39,781 nt of DNA from a virus, in IMG/VR virus record IMGVR_UViG_3300045988_067749, positions 1 to 39,781 of that record, one strand, 5' to 3'. Numbering within the stretch: position 1 is the first letter of the stretch; each line of letters starts with the position of its first letter. Shown one piece after another: positions 15,858-23,056 of the stretch. A program made the position numbers and the translations under genes. Under the pieces are notes generated by a model. It was not told the origin of the DNA. It did not search any database and was given only the letters and a program-made list of their open reading frames with translations.

Positions 15858-17256
15858 CTGAGGCTTCTCCCTTCGTCATCGAGTCCCATGACGCGCGGAA
15901 ACCGGCGTCATACGTGTAGAGGCGTTTGAATTCGGCGAGCATCTGCTTGCCGTTCGGGCTCGCGCCTTGTTGCGCGTTCTGGGTCTGGCCGCCGTCCTGC
16001 GGGCTGGGCTGGCCGCCCTCGCTCACGTTGAGCGGGGTTATCAGCTGGTCGCCGCCCGGCAGTTTCGGCCGGTCGAGCAGTTCGCGCGCCTCGTCGGTGG
16101 TCATAAACGGCCGGCCGGTGGCGGTGGAGAGAGCCTGATATTGGGTCTCCATCGTTCCGCGCAGCTTCGCGTCCAGATTCGCTTTGATGTAGCAGTCCGG
16201 TTCGCCCACAGCCTCGGGAAGCGTGAGGTTCAACGCCTCCTCGAACGCCACCAAATACGGCAACAACTCAACGTTCCAGAGCTTTTCCTTGTAGGCGCTG
16301 ATGTTCGAGTTGGTGCCGGTGCGGAAGCCGATGTTCTCCGGCGAGATCTGAAACGCGAGCGCGACCTGTTCGTTGATTTTCTCGCGTGCGTCCAGGTCGG
16401 CCATGTCCACCGGCTTAAACAGTTCGCCGATGGCGCGAACCTCCATGCCGTCGCGCAGAGGAAGCCATGCACCCTCGCGGCCGCCGCCCTGCTGGTAGTT
16501 GCGGAGCGCTTGCACGAAATCGTCGTAATCCTCCTGCGACTCCCACTGCATTTCCTTCGGCCGGTAGATGTACGCGGGTGTCTGCGGACTGTTCTCAGCG
16601 ACTTTGCGACGGTATTTCGCCATCGCACGCGCCTCGGAGAGCAGGGAACGGAGAACGTTGGTCACGGGGTCTCCGAGGTTCAGGCCGTCGATATAGCCGA
16701 TGTCAAGCACGATTCGCGGGTCCGGCAGCTTGTAGGTACCGCCCTTGTTGCCGTCGACGCTGCTGATGGTCACGCCGGTGAGTTCGCCGAAACCGTTCGC
16801 CGTGAGGCTGTACCCGTCGGCGGGGATGCGGCGAAGCGTGTTCCCGCCGCCAGAACGGTTGCTGCCGAGCGTGCACAGCCACCGGTCTTCCAGCAGCATG
16901 TCACGGATGAGTGATGCATAGAAACGGTATCGGCTCATGCCGGGCAGTTCGGAAGGCCGTTTGACCAGTCGGGCCAATGCGCCGTCTCGTATCTCCTCCG
17001 CGTCGCCGTCAGCGTTCTTCCGATACACCTTCAACGGCAGAGAGGCCAATTGGCGGGTAATGAAATCGACCACGACGCGCACCGCGTATTCGCGGCAGTA
17101 CATGCCGTTCACGTAGCCGGCGAAGTCCTCTTCGGTGGGCCAGCTGATGGCCTCGGGCATCGCGTCGCCCACCGTGGGCAACGCGCCGGTCTCCGGCTCC
17201 GCGCCCTTCATGGCGATGGCGGCGGGGCCGCGCAGCAGATTATTCAGAAATCCCAT
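15847..17256 (-). CDS. Portal protein (469 aa)
   Basis: Size fits, and it lies downstream of TerL. Its sequence style is like HK97-family portals. Confidence 0.85.
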   Translation of the reverse strand: MGFLNNLLRGPAAIAMKGAEPETGALPTVGDAMPEAISWPTEEDFAGYVNGMYCREYAVRVVVDFITRQLASLPLKVYRKNADGDAEEIRDGALARLVKRPSELPGMSRYRFYASLIRDMLLEDRWLCTLGSNRSGGGNTLRRIPADGYSLTANGFGELTGVTISSVDGNKGGTYKLPDPRIVLDIGYIDGLNLGDPVTNVLRSLLSEARAMAKYRRKVAENSPQTPAYIYRPKEMQWESQEDYDDFVQALRNYQQGGGREGAWLPLRDGMEVRAIGELFKPVDMADLDAREKINEQVALAFQISPENIGFRTGTNSNISAYKEKLWNVELLPYLVAFEEALNLTLPEAVGEPDCYIKANLDAKLRGTMETQYQALSTATGRPFMTTDEARELLDRPKLPGGDQLITPLNVSEGGQPSPQDGGQTQNAQQGASPNGKQMLAEFKRLYTYDAGFRASWDSMTKGEASDES

Positions 17257-17282
17257 ACGCAGCCTCCTTGGGTCACGTCATA

Positions 17283-18896
17283 TCAACAGTGAATCTTGAT
17301 GCCCGTGGAGGGCCTGTACTTCGGTTTCTCCGGCTCGCCGCTCATCGTCTCGAGCGCGTACAAGGCCTGACTTTCGGCGATGAGGCCGGAAATGTGCATC
17401 GCGCTCTGGTTGCGGTCCCATACCTCGACCTCACCTAATCGGCGGGTCACGGCGACGTTCACCTGTTGTTCGATGGCCGGCTGGGGGAGGTGCCGGAGCT
17501 TGCCCTCGCGTACACGGTCGTGGAAACGGCCGCAGCACGCGCCCAGACGGAAGCCTTCGATGAGATGCACCGTCCACCCTTTTTCGGTGAGCGGGTCGAT
17601 GAAGTCCACTGCCGGACAGCCCTTGCCCTGCACGGCGATCTCCGTGATATGCGGCCAACGCTCCTGCAAAAGGTCGAGATAATGCGGCACCCACAGCATG
17701 CCGTCACGACGAGCTATCAGCTCGACATGCGGGAGGCCATCGGCACGAAGGCCAGCGGCGGCCACATACGTGGTCTTACGGTCCGCGCTCGTGTCCACGG
17801 ACAGCACGATACGATTCTCGTCCGGTATCGTGGAACGCGAGTCGATGCCACTGGCCCACATTTTCGGATTGATGAAAGGAATGATGTCAGCAGTGACCCA
17901 CTGGCACAGGACTTCGGTGCGGAATGCGGCCTCGGTCATGCCGTCAATATCCGAACGGACGCTCATGACGGTCATCGGCCCATAACCAAGCGACGGATTC
18001 GCCTGGCGAATCGCGTCGGCATCATCCACCGGACACTTGTCAGGAGCAGACCACTCGAAATAGCCGAACGATCCATCCTGTTCGCCGGACAGGAACACGT
18101 CGGACGGATTGCCACCGTCGGCGCTCAGGCGCGTCCACTCGTCAACAAGCTTGCGGCCCTTGTCCACCTGCTTGCGCAATGCCACGCTGCGATAGTCGCC
18201 AGCGTTGGAAATGCCCCATAATTGGGAACTCCATACGGCCTTGGTGGTCTGGCTGACGGCATTCCACCCATCGTCATTGTGCTGCTCACGCAATTCGTCG
18301 AACACCACGCGCGCGGCGCTCTTTGCTCGAATGTTCTTATCGGCGCGGACGATATACCGCGCCTTCGAACGGGTGATGATCGCCTCCTCGCCGTTCGTGT
18401 TGACGAATTTCTGCGTCATCGCGGCAAGGTCGGGCACCACAAGGTCGGCCTCCTCATCGGTGGAAGGCTGAGGATTGCACCACTCCTTGACCTGATTGTA
18501 CGGGCCCTTCGCATTGTCCAACGTCTGCGCTGCACCGACCACGAGGAATTTCACGGGCGGCACTCGGTCGGGATGCTTGTTGGAGTCCACGAACAGCCAC
18601 CATGCGGCCAAAACGCCCATGAGCGTTGTCTTGCCGTTCTGGCGGGCCACAAGCACGATGACCTTGCGGAAGCGATAGCTGCCGTCCTCCAGCAATTCCA
18701 AAGCATGGACGAGTAGCCACTGCTGCCACGGATAGAGATGCACGTGCAGCATGATCTCCGCGAACGCGATCACCGCGAAACCATTCGAGGTCTCCTTGGT
18801 CAACGGCCGGAGCGGCGGCGTGAAGATACGCGGCAAGGTCACGCCATGCCTCTCATCGTCGATGGCACCGAAAACCGTAAGATTCTCAGCCGCCAT
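17283..18896 (-). CDS. terL: Terminase large subunit (537 aa)
   Basis: It has a Walker A-like motif (VLVARQNGKTTLMG), a C-terminal nuclease region, and the expected synteny. Confidence 0.9.
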   Translation of the reverse strand: MAAENLTVFGAIDDERHGVTLPRIFTPPLRPLTKETSNGFAVIAFAEIMLHVHLYPWQQWLLVHALELLEDGSYRFRKVIVLVARQNGKTTLMGVLAAWWLFVDSNKHPDRVPPVKFLVVGAAQTLDNAKGPYNQVKEWCNPQPSTDEEADLVVPDLAAMTQKFVNTNGEEAIITRSKARYIVRADKNIRAKSAARVVFDELREQHNDDGWNAVSQTTKAVWSSQLWGISNAGDYRSVALRKQVDKGRKLVDEWTRLSADGGNPSDVFLSGEQDGSFGYFEWSAPDKCPVDDADAIRQANPSLGYGPMTVMSVRSDIDGMTEAAFRTEVLCQWVTADIIPFINPKMWASGIDSRSTIPDENRIVLSVDTSADRKTTYVAAAGLRADGLPHVELIARRDGMLWVPHYLDLLQERWPHITEIAVQGKGCPAVDFIDPLTEKGWTVHLIEGFRLGACCGRFHDRVREGKLRHLPQPAIEQQVNVAVTRRLGEVEVWDRNQSAMHISGLIAESQALYALETMSGEPEKPKYRPSTGIKIHC

Positions 18897-18906
18897 CGGA
18901 CACCTC

Positions 18907-19248
18907 CTAGCCGAAACGCTTCATGAAATCCGCCATCTGCACAACCTTGTCGCTCTTCGCTTCCTCAGCTCTGACTTCGGGCTTCTGCCTGGCCGGACGC
19001 CCGACCTTCGCTGGAGCGTCCAAAGTCAATCCGAGAGACTGGCAGTATTTCAGGAAAGTCGGCAGAGTCACATTGTCGATCTTCCCGTTCTCGTCAACGA
19101 ATCCGGTGGCATTCAGGAAGTCAATACGACCAGCCAGTACGCGGGCGGCCGCGACCACTGCGGAATTCACAGCCTTCAGCCCATCGGCGTTCTTCAATGA
19201 ACGCTCCAAAGCCCACGCCACATTATGACTCGGAAATTTCGCCGACAT
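18907..19248 (-). CDS. terS: Terminase small subunit (113 aa)
   Basis: It lies immediately upstream of terL, and its size and basic C-terminal region fit. Confidence 0.65.
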   Translation of the reverse strand: MSAKFPSHNVAWALERSLKNADGLKAVNSAVVAAARVLAGRIDFLNATGFVDENGKIDNVTLPTFLKYCQSLGLTLDAPAKVGRPARQKPEVRAEEAKSDKVVQMADFMKRFG

Positions 19249-19352
19249 GCTTCACCTCGAATCTGCAATCGCGCGCGCGACCCCCGGTCAATTTCGGCCA
19301 TCGGGGAGAGGAAGACCGACCACGCGGGACGTGGGTCGGTTTGGGGTGGTTT

Positions 19353-19616
19353 TTAGGATTTCACCGCCCCTACCTCGTCGGGGTTGGTTTCGAATGCTGT
19401 TTTGAATGCTTTGGTTGCGTTTGTGAATCGTGTGATGAGTTCGTCTATGCTTGGTGGCTTGGGCGTGATGAGTGTGGTGCATGTGTCTCCGACTTTGTAG
19501 TTGGTGACTTCATAGTGGGTGACTTTGACTGGGATGTTGACGGTGAATGAGCCGATTGGGAATGTCTTGTCATTAATTTCTGCGGTGAGCTCTAGTGTGA
19601 CTGGCTGCTGTGGCAT
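19353..19616 (-). CDS. Hypothetical protein (about 87 aa), lower GC than its neighbours
   Basis: AAGGAGG lies upstream of the ATGATG at 19619/19616. It translates MPQQPVTLELTAEINDKTFPIGSFTVNIPVKVTHYEVTNYKVGD... Confidence 0.65.
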   Translation of the reverse strand: MPQQPVTLELTAEINDKTFPIGSFTVNIPVKVTHYEVTNYKVGDTCTTLITPKPPSIDELITRFTNATKAFKTAFETNPDEVGAVKS

Positions 19617-19630
19617 CATTGCCTCCTTGC

Positions 19631-19939
19631 TCATGCTGTTTGTATCCATTGTCGGCTTAGTGTGCCGATTGGTGTTGGTGGGTCTTGGTTGCTTCGGAGC
19701 CGGTTGCAGCTGGTGTGGCTTGGTTTGAAGCCTGCTGGGTCGAATTGCAGCTCGGGGTGCTTCGAGACGGGATAGAGGTGATCGAGATTGAATGAATCAT
19801 CGGTGGTGTTCTTCGTGGCCGCATAGTCTATCGGCATGCCACACAACCAGCAGACTGCATGGCTCGCCTTGCATTGGGCGAAGAATGCGGCCTTGTCCTT
19901 CTCGAATTGGCGTGTGGTCTTGCGTGTCCGTCCGGCCAT
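19631..19939 (-). CDS. HNH endonuclease (102 aa)
   Basis: It contains CWLCG...FNLDHLYPVSKHPE...SHTSCN (HNH motif). It is adjacent to the terminase genes, as in cos-type HK97-like phages. Confidence 0.85.
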   Translation of the reverse strand: MAGRTRKTTRQFEKDKAAFFAQCKASHAVCWLCGMPIDYAATKNTTDDSFNLDHLYPVSKHPELQFDPAGFKPSHTSCNRLRSNQDPPTPIGTLSRQWIQTA

Positions 19940-19976
19940 GAATCATCTACCTTTCGGCATGTTGCGTTCATTCGAC

Positions 19977-20005
19977 TTGCAAAACTATAGATGTTATGTT
20001 ACTAT
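19977..20005 (+). promoter_or_regulatory. Sigma70-like promoter of the plus-strand cassette
   Basis: TTGCAA-N17-TACTAT sits in an AT-rich patch. ACTATAG occurs twice (19984, 20001). AAAGGAGG and an ATG lie 18-30 nt downstream. Confidence 0.55.
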
Positions 20006-20035
20006 AGTTATATCGGCCAATGAAAGGAGGTGAAC

Positions 20036-20143
20036 ATGAAATGGACGGACATCGTAAGCGCCATCAGCTCGGTGGTGAGCAACATCATCGCACTGGCGGC
20101 GCTGGTCATCTCGCTCAGAAGGCCACCTAGGCACGGCAGATGA
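20036..20143 (+). CDS. 35-aa single-TM micro-peptide
   Basis: There is a strong SD (AAAGGAGG, 5-nt spacer). It translates MKWTDIVSAISSVVSNIIALAALVISLRRPPRHGR. It is below the ORF-track cutoff. Confidence 0.55.
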   Translation: MKWTDIVSAISSVVSNIIALAALVISLRRPPRHGR

Positions 20144-20146
20144 CAA

Positions 20147-20188
20147 GAGGGTTCCGAGCACTCCTATTGCCCGGAACCCTCCGGTTCC
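20147..20188 (+). promoter_or_regulatory. Mutually exclusive hairpins between the two micro-ORFs
   Basis: GAGGGTTCCG (20147-56) pairs with CGGAACCCTC (20172-81). That second segment can alternatively pair with GGTTCC (20183-88). Confidence 0.4.
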
Positions 20189-20198
20189 ATCCTATTTC

Positions 20199-20375
20199 AT
20201 GACCACTATGAAGACAAGCGCCATATTCGCGGCATGCGGCATCATATGCGGCCTGACGTCGGCTACGCTCGGCTTCGCCGGAAAACCATGGCAGGCCGGA
20301 CTGTTCGGACTCGCCGCGGGCATCTGGAGCATCGCCACACTCCTCATGGACAGAAGGGGCGGCAATGGCGACTGA
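20199..20375 (+). CDS. 58-aa two-TM peptide
   Basis: It translates MTTMKTSAIFAACGIICGLTSATLGFAGKPWQAGLFGLAAGIWSIATLLMDRRGGNGD. Its 3' end overlaps the next ATG by 11 nt. Confidence 0.5.
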   Translation: MTTMKTSAIFAACGIICGLTSATLGFAGKPWQAGLFGLAAGIWSIATLLMDRRGGNGD

Positions 20376-20583
20376 ATATCTCGGCGTCAAGCAGGTCGCC
20401 GAACGCCTTGGCATCACCAGCGGCGGCCTGCTCAACCTCAAACTCCCGGAGCCCGACGCAATGATTGGCCGCACGCGCGGCTGGCTTCCCGAAACCATCG
20501 ATGAATGGAACGCCAACCGGCCCGGCCGCGGCGTCGGGGGAGGCAGGCCACGCAAACATCACGAGGACGAAAGCGAGGAGTAA
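20365..20583 (+). CDS. HTH DNA-binding protein, excisionase/AlpA-like (72 aa)
   Basis: It contains YLGVKQVAERLGITSGGLLNL...GWLPETIDEW, an HTH_17-like pattern. Confidence 0.7.
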   Translation: MATEYLGVKQVAERLGITSGGLLNLKLPEPDAMIGRTRGWLPETIDEWNANRPGRGVGGGRPRKHHEDESEE

Positions 20584-20584
20584 C

Positions 20585-21046
20585 ATGCTTGTCCGCGGAG
20601 CTATCGATATGTACGGGATAAGAATACCCGGGCGTCTTGCCGAGAGGATCGACATGCGATCCACGATCGAACTTCTGCCGCATGAATGCGACGCCATCAA
20701 CGTCGCACTTGATGCAATGGCAAAGGAGTTCGACAGACGGCCGCCTCTGATACGGAATTCGGCTCTTTTGGTGTTTATCCCGGGTTCAGGGCTTTCTCTG
20801 ACGTATGACGAGAACGCCTTGGGCGTCACGAAGTCGGTTCTTGTTTTCCGTGTGGGGTTGTGGCGACAACTATATCCCGGTTCTGACAGCGCGCCGATTC
20901 TTTCGGTGATCGAGGAAATGTGCCATTGTTTTTATGGCATTGCCGACGAAACCGAAGTGAAGCATATGGTATCCGATATAGTGCGGCGATATATCAATCC
21001 GGACAAGACCTTTGAGACCTTGTTTCCGAATTGGCCGGCCGGGTGA
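20585..21046 (+). CDS. Hypothetical protein (153 aa), no recognisable motif
   Basis: The ATG has GAGGAG upstream. It translates MLVRGAIDMYGIRIPGRLAERIDMRSTIELLPHECDAINVALDAMAKEF... and has lower GC. Confidence 0.65.
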   Translation: MLVRGAIDMYGIRIPGRLAERIDMRSTIELLPHECDAINVALDAMAKEFDRRPPLIRNSALLVFIPGSGLSLTYDENALGVTKSVLVFRVGLWRQLYPGSDSAPILSVIEEMCHCFYGIADETEVKHMVSDIVRRYINPDKTFETLFPNWPAG

Positions 21047-21221
21047 TCGAATCCCGACATACCGAGACTAGGCGGCACCCACCATCCACATGTCCCGTGC
21101 GGCGGCCGGCGCGTCCTAAGCGTATCCCGGGGCTGAGTTCTTCGGCCATGTCGATGAGCATGTTCGCGAACCGGTCGCGAATCCATTGCTCGTCTATATC
21201 GACGTTAATGGGATGTGTCAT
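20994..21221 (-). CDS. Hypothetical protein (75 aa)
   Basis: AAGGAG lies 6 nt upstream of the ATG (MTHPINVDIDEQWIRDRFANMLIDMAEELSPG...). The C-terminal half is R-rich and overlaps the convergent 153-aa gene by 53 nt. Confidence 0.45.
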   Translation of the reverse strand: MTHPINVDIDEQWIRDRFANMLIDMAEELSPGIRLGRAGRRTGHVDGGCRLVSVCRDSITRPANSETRSQRSCPD

Positions 21222-21245
21222 GCGATGCTCCTTGCCAAACTGTGT

Positions 21246-21346
21246 TGGTGGCTTGGGTGAGATTCGAATTCGCGAGAGAGTGTCGGTGTTTACTCCCGGT
21301 CACGCTATCCCAGCGCGACCGGTTAGGCCTCTACCGTACGCAAGCC
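21246..21346 (-). tRNA. tRNA-like element, class-II architecture, probably degenerate (nominal anticodon GGA)
   Basis: It is 101 nt and lies 1 nt from tRNA-Trp. The acceptor pairs GGCTTG/CAAGCC and ACCA is encoded. The D-arm is TAGAGGCCTAA-like. The anticodon stem is CGCGC/GCGTG with loop TGGGATA (G at position 33). There is a 6-bp variable arm and a TTCGAAT loop, but only 3 of 5 T-stem pairs. Confidence 0.3.
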
Positions 21347-21347
21347 G

Positions 21348-21423
21348 TGGCATGCGCGGTTGGCTTCGATCCAACGACCTGCGGTTTTGGAGACCGCTGC
21401 TCTACCTGCTGAGCTACGCGCAT
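21348..21423 (-). tRNA. tRNA-Trp (anticodon CCA), 76 nt, CCA encoded
   Basis: Manual cloverleaf: ATGCGCG-TA-GCTC-AGCAGGTA-GAGC-A-GCGGT-CTCCAAA-ACCGC-AGGTC-GTTGG-ATCGAAG-CCAAC-CGCGCAT-G-CCA. All stems are fully paired. Confidence 0.9.
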
Positions 21424-21437
21424 AGGTGGGTATGAGT

Positions 21438-21469
21438 AAAGCCCCTGAGATGTATGTCCCAGAGGCTTT
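21438..21469 (-). terminator. Hairpin after the regulator gene (weak terminator candidate)
   Basis: aaagcccctg / cagaggcttt form a 10-bp stem with one mismatch. The U tract on the minus strand is short. Confidence 0.35.
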
Positions 21470-21512
21470 CGCACTTATCCTGATACGGAGTATACCACGG
21501 GATGGCAACAGC

Positions 21513-22286
21513 CTACTGCCGGCTGGAATATGCCATTGCCATGCTGACTATCTCCCTGATGCTGAATTCGTAGTATCCGCCTTCTATTGGTTTGCTGCTG
21601 GGGAGTTTGCCCCGGCGTATCCACATGATGATTACTTTGCGGCTGACCTCGTATCCGTAGTTGTCCTTGAGCCACTGGCTCATGCCCGCAGGGGTCTTGG
21701 TCAGGTGGATTGCCTCGGCCTTGTCTCGGCTCTGCTCGCGCAGCTCGACCACGTTGATGGGGTTGCCGCATTTGCATAGCAGCAGCGATTCGCCCTTCGC
21801 GGCCATGACCTCGCGTCCGCATTCGGGGCAGACGCCGATTATCCGGCGCGTGCGTGGCCTGCGGTCGATGAGCGGTTCGATGCGCTCGCAGGTGTGGATG
21901 AGCCATGTCAGCCAATGTCCCGAGCGACTGGCGCGGCATAGGTCGGGCAGTCGTCGTGGCGAGTCCCTGAGCAGGGTCTGCCATCTCGGACGGCTTTCCA
22001 CGCCGGTTTCGTTCCACATGTCCTGCAAGCCGTCCTCGGTCTGGTCGAGCATGTCCTGCGCGTGGAGGTTGATGGGCGCGGGCGCTTCCCCTCCTTGCGC
22101 CACGCCTCCAGCTCCGGGCTCGCCCAGCTTGTAGGCGTGACGGGACACCTGTTGCAGGAGCATCATGTCGCGGCGGAGCCGGTGGAGTGTTTTCGCGTAC
22201 TGGCGGCGGCAGTTCCGGCAGAGCGTCCACGGTGCCTCGACCTGCTGGTTGCCGCAGTATTGGCATGGTTCGGTGGTGATGAACAT
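21513..22286 (-). CDS. Zn-ribbon plus C-terminal HTH DNA-binding protein (257 aa); possible late-gene regulator
   Basis: It contains CQYCG..CRNC and CPECG..CKCG cysteine pairs. The C-terminus (MSQWLKDNYGYEVSRKVIIMWIRRGKLPS) is HTH-like. It is the last large gene before the packaging module. Confidence 0.6.
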   Translation of the reverse strand: MFITTEPCQYCGNQQVEAPWTLCRNCRRQYAKTLHRLRRDMMLLQQVSRHAYKLGEPGAGGVAQGGEAPAPINLHAQDMLDQTEDGLQDMWNETGVESRPRWQTLLRDSPRRLPDLCRASRSGHWLTWLIHTCERIEPLIDRRPRTRRIIGVCPECGREVMAAKGESLLLCKCGNPINVVELREQSRDKAEAIHLTKTPAGMSQWLKDNYGYEVSRKVIIMWIRRGKLPSSKPIEGGYYEFSIREIVSMAMAYSSRQ

Positions 22287-22291
22287 TGTTT

Positions 22292-22369
22292 GAAACCCTC
22301 CACGTTCCGGCTATCATGGTGCTTGGTGAGCGTGCCCTCCATCTTTTCGGTGGAGGGTTTCGTTTTTTT
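22292..22369 (-). promoter_or_regulatory. Structured leader with alternative pairings that can sequester the SD of the 257-aa gene
   Basis: On the minus strand, GAAACCCUCCAC (22361-22350) can pair either with AUGGAGGG (22342-22335) or with GUGGAGGGUUUC (22303-22292), which contains the GGAGGG SD. On the plus strand the proximal hairpin is followed by TTTCGTTTTTTT. Confidence 0.45.
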
Positions 22370-22370
22370 A

Positions 22371-22401
22371 CGCTGAATTCAGTGTTTTTGCGCTGAATTC
22401 A
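22371..22401. repeat. Two copies of CGCTGAATTCA (palindromic core TGAATTCA) 20 bp apart; operator candidate
   Basis: Exact 11-mers occur at 22371-22381 and 22391-22401. A third TGAATTC is near 22416. Confidence 0.5.
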
Positions 22402-22587
22402 AATCAATGGTTCGATGAATTCGGGCGTGAAATCATCCTTGTGGGGTGCGGGCGTTTCAGGATGGGCGATGATGTACAGCACCTCATCCAATGGCACGCC
22501 GAGCAGTTTCGCCGTGTATTCGGGCGTGGCCGCTTTGCTCCGATGCCATTTGAGTATTTCCTCGCGTTTGAGACTGCTTACGCTCAT
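22399..22587 (-). CDS. Small protein (62 aa), HTH-like
   Basis: It translates MSVSSLKREEILKWHRSKAATPEYTAKLLGVPLDEVLYII... and its start overlaps the upstream stop. Confidence 0.65.
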   Translation of the reverse strand: MSVSSLKREEILKWHRSKAATPEYTAKLLGVPLDEVLYIIAHPETPAPHKDDFTPEFIEPLI

Positions 22588-22796
22588 GATTCCTCCTTGA
22601 GCGTGGCGACATATGCGATGGCCTTGCGTTCACGCTTCGCATACTTCTCGCATTTGCGCTTGAGACGTTTGAGGCTCATGGCGTACAGGAAGTCTCTGAA
22701 GTCGCCGTCCTCGTAGATTTGGGCTCGATAATGGCCGCAGGTGCCTTCCGCGCTGATTCGCGCGGTCAAATGGTCTGTAAGCTGAATCTCGTTCAT
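22584..22796 (-). CDS. Hypothetical protein (70 aa)
   Basis: It is translationally coupled to both neighbours. It translates MNEIQLTDHLTARISAEGTCGHYRAQIYEDGDF... Confidence 0.65.
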   Translation of the reverse strand: MNEIQLTDHLTARISAEGTCGHYRAQIYEDGDFRDFLYAMSLKRLKRKCEKYAKRERKAIAYVATLKEES

Positions 22797-23056
22797 GCGT
22801 TTTCCCCTTTCTCGAACGTCTTGATCATTTCCATCAACGCGGCCTGATACGACTCATGCCATTTGGTGCGGTAATGCATTCGGTCAACGCATTTGAACCG
22901 ATAGCGTTTCTCCTCGGAGCCTTTCACGGTTCCTGTAGCGGCCTTTAGGTGTCTGCCACATTGGGGGCAGTAGAAGCTTTCGCCGTTGAGAATGAAATCG
23001 GAGTCCCGCACGTCGCCTTTGCCGACTATCCGGTAGAGGTCATCAAGCCAACTCAT
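22793..23056 (-). CDS. Zn-ribbon protein (87 aa)
   Basis: The ATG at 23056 has GGAGGTGG upstream. It translates MSWLDDLYRIVGKGDV...FYCPQCGRH...FKCVDRMH. Confidence 0.65.
   Translation of the reverse strand: MSWLDDLYRIVGKGDVRDSDFILNGESFYCPQCGRHLKAATGTVKGSEEKRYRFKCVDRMHYRTKWHESYQAALMEMIKTFEKGENA

Noticed and set aside
21475-22317. A 280-aa minus-strand ORF overlapping the 257-aa regulator gene in another frame
   Set aside because: It is P/R/G/H-rich off-frame sequence. The 257-aa frame carries the Cys-pair and HTH motifs and a GGAGGG SD.
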